Shown: positions 26,547 to 31,488 of the stretch, piece by piece
Numbering within the stretch: the stretch's first letter is position 1
How the letters are laid out: every line of letters begins with the position of its first letter
IMG/VR virus record: IMGVR_UViG_2778261316_000005
Origin: a virus
Lineage: Duplodnaviria > Heunggongvirae > Uroviricota > Caudoviricetes
Length of the DNA: 31,488 bases
Direction: 5' to 3' (one strand)
Program-made: the position numbers and the translations under genes
The notes under the pieces: model-generated
Databases searched by the model: none
What the model saw: only the letters and a program-made list of their open reading frames with translations
What the model was told of the DNA's origin: nothing

Positions 26547-26749
26547 CGGGTGGCGACCTCCCGAATCTCTTCGATTGAGTCAAGCAGCAGTCGACGGCGG
26601 GTATGTTCGGCAAAGTGACGTTTGCCGGTGTCTTTCCGGTAGCACTCTGTCTTGCCGACTACCCACATGGATTCCGTCTGGTGCAACTTCTTGCGCTGCG
26701 GGCCGTCTTTGGTAATAACGATGCCCGTATGAGTCTTTTTAATGGTCAT
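26543..26749 (-). CDS. hypothetical early protein (68 aa)
   Basis: Start overlaps the dam stop (TGATG); same strand in the tightly packed early operon. Confidence 0.5.
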   Translation of the reverse strand: MTIKKTHTGIVITKDGPQRKKLHQTESMWVVGKTECYRKDTGKRHFAEHTRRRLLLDSIEEIREVATR

Positions 26750-27714
26750 CAGAAAGGCTCCTGCGTTTCACAGCCCTTGGCAGGGTCGAAGCCTAAAAAC
26801 ATCTCGCCGTAAGTCGCATTCCCCATTACCGGCCCACAATCCGGGCAGCAACCACCGCCAGCACGATCGCAGCCATCACACACGCGAAGAACGCCAATAA
26901 CCTCGCCAGCCATATCGCGGCTTTTGGCGCTCACAGAGCGGCGGACACTCAGGGAGTGAAGGTTGAAGGCGGAATAAATTTCGCGAGTTTCAGGCGTGTC
27001 GCTGTTTGAGATGATCGAGCGGGTGGCGTACTGACGGTTAACAGCCACAAGAGCCGCTACCAGAGCGCGATGATCAACCAGGGTAAAGGGTTTGCCGTAA
27101 GCGGTGAAATTGGCGGTATCGCTCGCAGGAATATAGGGCGGGTCACAATAAATCACCGCGTCATGCGCGAGTTGCATAACGTCAGGGATAGATTGGCGGA
27201 AATCACTATGGATAAAGACCGCTTTTGTGTCGCTGGCCTTTTCGGCGAATAAGCGCATTTCCGCTTCAGGAAAGTAAGGCTCGGCATACTTACCGAATGG
27301 AACGTTGAATTCGCCCTTCCGGTTAACGCGATACAGACCGTTATAGCCATGGCGATTCAGATACAGGAAATACGCGGCATAAAGCATTGCTGCGTCCGGA
27401 TCAGAGTCAGCCTGGCGGGCCAGTGAATTGAACTCTGTGCGCCGTCTGTAGTATTCCTCCGCACTGTTTCCGCCTTTGAAAGCCCAGCGGCAGGCGGCAA
27501 TAGCGTCTTCTTTGCGGCCGGTTAATTGTCGGAAAAAATTAATCAGCGCGATATTGCTGTCGCAGAGAACGTAGCGGCGGTAATCCGTGTTCATAAACAC
27601 AGTTCCACTACCCACAAACGGCTCAATCAGACAATCCGCTTTCGGCAAATGCTTAAGCAGCTGCGGCATAACGCGGGTTTTTCCTCCCGCCCATTTGATT
27701 GGCGATCTGATCAT
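26749..27714 (-). CDS. dam: Dam-family DNA N6-adenine methyltransferase with a Cys-rich C-terminal extension
   Basis: …IKWAGGK…, …EPFVGSGTVF…, …LYLNRHGYNGLYRVNRKGEFNVPFGKY…, …YCDPPYIP… align with E. coli Dam; extra C-terminal tail with CDGC…CCPDC. Confidence 0.9.
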   Translation of the reverse strand: MIRSPIKWAGGKTRVMPQLLKHLPKADCLIEPFVGSGTVFMNTDYRRYVLCDSNIALINFFRQLTGRKEDAIAACRWAFKGGNSAEEYYRRRTEFNSLARQADSDPDAAMLYAAYFLYLNRHGYNGLYRVNRKGEFNVPFGKYAEPYFPEAEMRLFAEKASDTKAVFIHSDFRQSIPDVMQLAHDAVIYCDPPYIPASDTANFTAYGKPFTLVDHRALVAALVAVNRQYATRSIISNSDTPETREIYSAFNLHSLSVRRSVSAKSRDMAGEVIGVLRVCDGCDRAGGGCCPDCGPVMGNATYGEMFLGFDPAKGCETQEPF

Positions 27715-27950
27715 TTGCGAAACTCCTGGTTGTAGGTTTCATGGGTCATGAGTCGCCACTGAGCGCCGCCGTTTTTGCTAAGCAAGCGCCAGCGACGGCC
27801 AATGCGGATCACGAGATAGGCGTGCGGTTTGACGCGGGAGAAGTTGTGCTGACCACGTGAAAAACATTTCAGGGCGGCAATCGCCCTGGTGCATACAGGC
27901 AATGGCGCGCTGCAAACGATTGAAAGACGCGGATGCATGGTGGCCCTCAC
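27711..27950 (-). CDS. hypothetical protein (79 aa), coupled between the exonuclease-like gene and dam
   Basis: GTGA overlap with the upstream stop and ATGA overlap with the dam start; no recognisable family. Confidence 0.4.
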   Translation of the reverse strand: MRATMHPRLSIVCSAPLPVCTRAIAALKCFSRGQHNFSRVKPHAYLVIRIGRRWRLLSKNGGAQWRLMTHETYNQEFRK

Positions 27951-28495
27951 AATGTTTCAAGGTGAGGGGAGGTCAGACGTTGCCATATCTCGCAGGCTTG
28001 CTCGGCTTGATAGGCAGCATCGGTCAACATATAGGTAGCCGTTGACCTACGTGGATGGGGGGCATAACCGGTAACGCCTGCCAGCATGATCAGAGAGGCA
28101 AGGCAACGCAGTTTGAATGCGACGAATTGATGTCCCAAATCGTGCCTTCTTGCCGCATGGATTAACCACTGCGGCACTCGACCAGAGCCCACAGTCCAGC
28201 AATTCAACTCGGTATGCAGGGAAGCATTTTCGCGAATGAAGGAAAAAAGCCCCGCTACCGCATTAAGTTCAGTGCATGTCGCAGAGATAACCTCTGCTCT
28301 TTGATGGGCATCTCCTTTAAGCAGCTCCAGCACTGCTTCTGGATCGATATATTCAACAGTGCGAAGGTCTACAGCCCGATAATATTGCGGGCCTAACTTT
28401 CCTGTTGATGGCTCGAAGAAAACACACTCAATAGCAAAGATTGGCGAATCTGGCGCTTTCCCCAGCGCTCGAATATCTAACATGAAGTTATTCAT
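27947..28495 (-). CDS. putative DnaQ/DEDD-like 3'-5' exonuclease-fold protein (assignment tentative)
   Basis: 182 aa; N-terminal MLDIRALG… resembles the Exo I motif (D-x-E) but with Arg at the Glu position; H…D pair near the C-terminus. Confidence 0.5.
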   Translation of the reverse strand: MNNFMLDIRALGKAPDSPIFAIECVFFEPSTGKLGPQYYRAVDLRTVEYIDPEAVLELLKGDAHQRAEVISATCTELNAVAGLFSFIRENASLHTELNCWTVGSGRVPQWLIHAARRHDLGHQFVAFKLRCLASLIMLAGVTGYAPHPRRSTATYMLTDAAYQAEQACEIWQRLTSPHLETL

Positions 28496-28716
28496 TGTTT
28501 GTTATCCTCGTTAATGGTTAATTCGCGGCTTGCGATCCACCGCTCGACTGATGAATAAATCTCTTCTGGTGTGGCGCTTTCCTTTTTCAGCTGGCCGACA
28601 AAAATACGAAGCAACCCCAAAAGGTGGGCGCGTTCGTGTTTTCGTGCGTTGGTGCTTATCTCTACAAACTCCGGATCACTTATTTCGCCATCCAGCTTTA
28701 TTGACTTAACCGACAT
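28492..28716 (-). CDS. hypothetical early protein (74 aa)
   Basis: ATG at 28716 with AGGAGG RBS; ATGA overlap with the downstream exonuclease-like gene. Confidence 0.5.
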   Translation of the reverse strand: MSVKSIKLDGEISDPEFVEISTNARKHERAHLLGLLRIFVGQLKKESATPEEIYSSVERWIASRELTINEDNKQ

Positions 28717-28783
28717 GCAACCTCCTGAAAAAGGCAAAACGAATCCCCGGCAAAATAAATGCCGTTAATTTAAGCCTGCTTAA

Positions 28784-29056
28784 TTAGTGGTTAGGGCGAG
28801 GTTTTCTTTTAACCTGTTTAAACAACCTTTCGTGCCAGTAATAAAGAAAATCAATAAAGGTCATTCGCGCACGCTCGTGATTACCTCGGATTGTTTTCTC
28901 CAGCCCGTAAATAATCAGATCAATAGACGGGCTATCTGGTGCAATGATAATGCGATTTCCGTTTTTCAAAATTACTGTAAAACCCTGCTCCGCATTTTCT
29001 ACCGCCTCGCGGATCAGCATTTCCCGTTCCCACGATGTTTTCTCTTCAGTAAACAT
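28784..29056 (-). CDS. hypothetical protein (90 aa) in the AT-rich islet
   Basis: ORF in an AT-rich stretch of the early operon; no recognisable family. Confidence 0.5.
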   Translation of the reverse strand: MFTEEKTSWEREMLIREAVENAEQGFTVILKNGNRIIIAPDSPSIDLIIYGLEKTIRGNHERARMTFIDFLYYWHERLFKQVKRKPRPNH

Positions 29057-29073
29057 GTAAGCCCCTTTTCTTG

Positions 29074-29301
29074 TTACAAGAGTTTTTTAAATGCTCTTGC
29101 CAGGGTAGCCAGCACGCCTTTATTTATCTTTTTTGTATAAATAAAAGGTTTGCTCATTTCCTTAACAAAACGAACCTTATTAGGCTCCGGCTTAAAGAAA
29201 CGCCCGTCCGGGCATTCAACCCAGCCCCGCGTATTACGGTAGTGTGTAACCTGACAACCATTTTTCAGGAGGCTTGCAAGTGATGGGATCTCTTCGTTCA
29301 T
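29074..29301 (-). CDS. hypothetical protein (75 aa) in the AT-rich islet
   Basis: Tightly spaced with its neighbours (17 and 12 bp gaps); Lys-rich. Confidence 0.5.
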   Translation of the reverse strand: MNEEIPSLASLLKNGCQVTHYRNTRGWVECPDGRFFKPEPNKVRFVKEMSKPFIYTKKINKGVLATLARAFKKLL

Positions 29302-29313
29302 ATCGTATACCTG

Positions 29314-29496
29314 TTAAAGTTGCCCGCGTGCTTTGCGCTCTACTTCTTCCCGGCGCGCTTTAAATTCTGATAAGGCTTTTTCTCTTTTCTGCCTAACTTT
29401 CTTGCAGTGCAACCTGATTAAAAGCTGAATCAGGCTTATTACTGCGATAGAAAAAATTAAGAGCCCAACAATCATTTCAAGCTTCATATTTTTCAC
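29314..29496 (-). CDS. small single-pass membrane protein (60 aa) in the AT-rich islet
   Basis: Hydrophobic helix MIVGLLIFSIAVISLIQLLI followed by a highly charged Lys/Arg/Glu tail. Confidence 0.4.
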   Translation of the reverse strand: MKNMKLEMIVGLLIFSIAVISLIQLLIRLHCKKVRQKREKALSEFKARREEVERKARGQL

Positions 29497-29692
29497 CGCG
29501 CTTTAATCTATCAATGGTCACCATTGCCTCTGCAAACGCAAAATCAATACCGAAATAGCAGCCGCCGTGCGTAATCTGATATCGCTGGCGGCTGTATGGT
29601 TTTTTGCGTGGGAGTTTCAGAATGGTAAAGCCACGGTAAAGGCTGGTTTTACTATTCAGCTGCGTCACCGCTCCGCCAAATCCACTTTTCAT
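29477..29692 (-). CDS. hypothetical early protein (71 aa) downstream of cox
   Basis: ATG at 29692 with strong RBS AGGGAGGGGGAAC; position corresponds to P2 orf78/B. Confidence 0.45.
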   Translation of the reverse strand: MKSGFGGAVTQLNSKTSLYRGFTILKLPRKKPYSRQRYQITHGGCYFGIDFAFAEAMVTIDRLKRGEKYEA

Positions 29693-29718
29693 GTTCCCCC
29701 TCCCTGAAGCGGTTCGCA

Positions 29719-29991
29719 TTAAAGCCCCATCCACAACAACCAGGCATCACGCTGTTCTACCGGGCGGTTGTAATACGCCTCACGCACAGCACGATTGAAC
29801 TCAGGGATGTAAACCCAGCGCTCACCGGCGCGTGCGTTCGGTTTGGTTGGGTCGCGCAGTTCAATCACTGGCAGCTTTCGGGCTTTGATCATTTCTTCTA
29901 CTGCGGTCTTAGGTTTGCCGATCAGCTCGGCGAACTTCTCCACATGGACAGCATCAAGCGGATATTTGATTGCGTAATCGCTCGCTTCCAT
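29719..29991 (-). CDS. cox: Cox-like excisionase / early transcriptional regulator
   Basis: …EKFAELIGKPKTAVEEMIKARKLPVIEL…RAGERWVYIPEFN…WLLWMGL matches P2 Cox; first gene of the early operon, divergent from C. Confidence 0.8.
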   Translation of the reverse strand: MEASDYAIKYPLDAVHVEKFAELIGKPKTAVEEMIKARKLPVIELRDPTKPNARAGERWVYIPEFNRAVREAYYNRPVEQRDAWLLWMGL

Positions 29992-30129
29992 CGTTCACGC
30001 TCCTGTTAGCTCGTGTTAATCTCGTAAGATCCAGCCCTTTCTAAACCGTTTGAAAACGTTCTAGCGGCTGGTTTACGCACCTGAAAAGGTCACTAACTAC
30101 AAACCTTTTGCGAGAATATAGTCACTAAC
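29992..30129. promoter_or_regulatory. immunity switch region (divergent Pe/Pc-type promoters and operators) between cox and C
   Basis: 138-bp intergenic region between divergent cox and C; direct repeat GTCACTAAC at 30089-30097 and 30121-30129; imperfect inverted repeat CGTTTGAAAACG. Confidence 0.5.
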
Positions 30130-30438
30130 ATGCAACCAAGTCAAATGAAAATGGGACAAAAACTAAGAGCGATCAGGAAAGCTGAAGGGGTAACCCAAGC
30201 AAAATTCAGTGAAATCACTGGTATAGCTCTAGGCACAGTAAAAAATTACGAAGGAGGTCACTCAGATCCTGGGATTCAAATCGTTTTGCAGGTAACCAAC
30301 ACACCTCAACTACAGAAATACACGCTATGGCTGATGACTGACAAAACCTCCCCGCAGGCTGGTCAGATTGCACCGGCCCTCGCGCACATTGGGCCAGACT
30401 CGCCGGAATCAGACCAATCCGAGAAACAGACTGGCTAA
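30130..30438 (+). CDS. C: C-type immunity repressor (HTH)
   Basis: …QLQKYTLWLMTDKTSPQAGQIAPALAHIG… matches P2 C (…QFTKYTLWFMTNQIAPESGQIAPALAHFG…). Confidence 0.85.
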   Translation: MQPSQMKMGQKLRAIRKAEGVTQAKFSEITGIALGTVKNYEGGHSDPGIQIVLQVTNTPQLQKYTLWLMTDKTSPQAGQIAPALAHIGPDSPESDQSEKQTG

Positions 30439-30507
30439 CAGTTTATAAACATTACATTTTCACTATTTGTTACCAAGATAGTGATATCTGCGCCGGAGGG
30501 CTTTCTT

Positions 30508-31488
30508 ATGTCGATTAAGAAGCTCGATGATGGTCGCTACATGGTGGACATTAGACCGCGCGGGGCAGCAGGACGCCGCATCCGCAAGACGTTTGACAGA
30601 AAGGCAGAAGCTACCGCGTTTGAGCAATACACGATAGCGAACGCCAGCCAAAAAGAATGGGCTGGTAAGCGCGCCGACCGGCGGCCTTTAAGTGAGTTGC
30701 TCGATGCCTGGTGGCGGTATCACGGGCAAAACCATGAAAACGGCAAAAAGGAATTCAATCACCTTTTGAAAACAATAAGTGGCCTCGGCGATCCCGCCGT
30801 TAGCCGGTTAAGCAAAAGGGATTTAATGGATTACCGCTCAAGCCGTTTGAATGCCGGGATCAAGGCATCAACGATTAATCGCGAGATGTACCGATTATCC
30901 GGCATGTTTACGAAGTTAATACAGATAGAGGAATTTAGCGGGCAACACCCTGTTAACGGGCTTCCACCACTGGCGGAAGAAAACCCGGAAATGACATTCC
31001 TGGAGCGGGAAGAGATCAACAGTTTGCTGAGCGTGCTGGAGGGGGATTATCTGTTAGTTGCCCTACTGTGCCTGAGCACCGGCGGAAGATGGTCAGAGGT
31101 CGCCACGCTTAAGCGGTCGAATATCGTTAACTGCCGCGTCACGTTCCTGAAGACCAAGAACGGGAAAAAGCGAACGGTGCCGATCTCTGAAGAGCTGGAA
31201 AACAAGGTGAAAAAAGAGGCCAGCGGGAAGCTGTTCAAAGTGGATTATGAAAGGTTCTGCAAGATACTGCGGGCGGTGAAGCCGGATATTCCGGAAAACC
31301 AGGCAACGCACATCCTGCGACACACCTTTGCAAGCCATTTCATGATGAACGGCGGGAATATTATCGCACTGCAACAGATCCTGGGGCATGCGAATATTCA
31401 GCAAACGATGGTCTATGCGCACCTGTCGCCTGACTACCTGCAAAACGCGGTTACACTGAATCCATTGCAGGGAGGAATTGCGGCATAA
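30508..31488 (+). CDS. int: tyrosine integrase (P2 Int family)
   Basis: MSIKKLDDGRYMVDIRP… versus P2 Int MAIKKLDDGRYEVDIRP…; C-terminal catalytic region …ATHILRHTFASHFMMNGGNIIALQQILGHANIQQTMVYAHLSPDYL…; GGAGGG RBS; stop codon at the window end. Confidence 0.9.
   Translation: MSIKKLDDGRYMVDIRPRGAAGRRIRKTFDRKAEATAFEQYTIANASQKEWAGKRADRRPLSELLDAWWRYHGQNHENGKKEFNHLLKTISGLGDPAVSRLSKRDLMDYRSSRLNAGIKASTINREMYRLSGMFTKLIQIEEFSGQHPVNGLPPLAEENPEMTFLEREEINSLLSVLEGDYLLVALLCLSTGGRWSEVATLKRSNIVNCRVTFLKTKNGKKRTVPISEELENKVKKEASGKLFKVDYERFCKILRAVKPDIPENQATHILRHTFASHFMMNGGNIIALQQILGHANIQQTMVYAHLSPDYLQNAVTLNPLQGGIAA

Larger units (their letters stand above)
1..31488. mobile_element. P2-like (Peduovirus-type) prophage, near-complete; window order ogr-D...Q | cos | A...cox | C-int
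   Basis: Recognisable homologues of nearly all P2 structural, lysis, replication and lysogeny proteins by motif and N-terminal similarity; cos-like sequence at 23028-23047; integrase ends at the window edge so att sites are not visible. Confidence 0.9.

Noticed and set aside
27778-27960. 60-aa ORF overlapping the 79-aa ORF between the exonuclease-like gene and dam
   Set aside because: The 27711-27950 frame is coupled to both neighbours by overlapping stop/start codons; the alternative frame lacks this context.
30463-30651. 62-aa minus-strand ORF overlapping the integrase start
   Set aside because: Antisense to the integrase N-terminus and the int RBS; no support.
1-31488. CRISPR arrays, tRNA or rRNA genes, or an att core repeat
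   Set aside because: No regularly spaced direct repeats or tRNA-like cloverleaf candidates noticed by eye; the att sites presumably lie just outside the window, which ends at the int stop codon. A tRNA or repeat-finder run is needed to be sure.

Overview
The window is a near-complete P2-like (Peduovirus-type) prophage from an enterobacterial genome, read in reverse prophage order: ogr and D at the left, then tail, baseplate, lysis and head genes, P and Q, a P2-like cos site, the early replication operon (A to cox), and C repressor plus integrase at the right edge. All calls are from reading the translated ORFs against remembered P2 protein families; no database search was run. Five things stand out. 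(1) A Mu G-segment-like invertible tail-fibre cassette (8674-10562) with gix-like crossover sites, a promoterless alternative fibre tip and a second assembly gene. (2) Its Hin/Gin-family invertase (7999-8567) is split by a 1-nt frameshift in a C4/G4 run. (3) The FI-FII-E-T-U block is inverted relative to D/ogr and the baseplate genes, with a TGT-N12-ACA dyad sitting between the divergent FI and D starts. (4) Two AT-rich patches of unknown function: a Zn-ribbon membrane protein at the left edge (1-678) and a three-gene islet inside the early operon (28784-29496). (5) A classical -1 frameshift E/E' site. No tRNA, rRNA or CRISPR array was seen. I could not identify a clearly novel multi-gene system; the unknown-function candidates are flagged as hypotheses.
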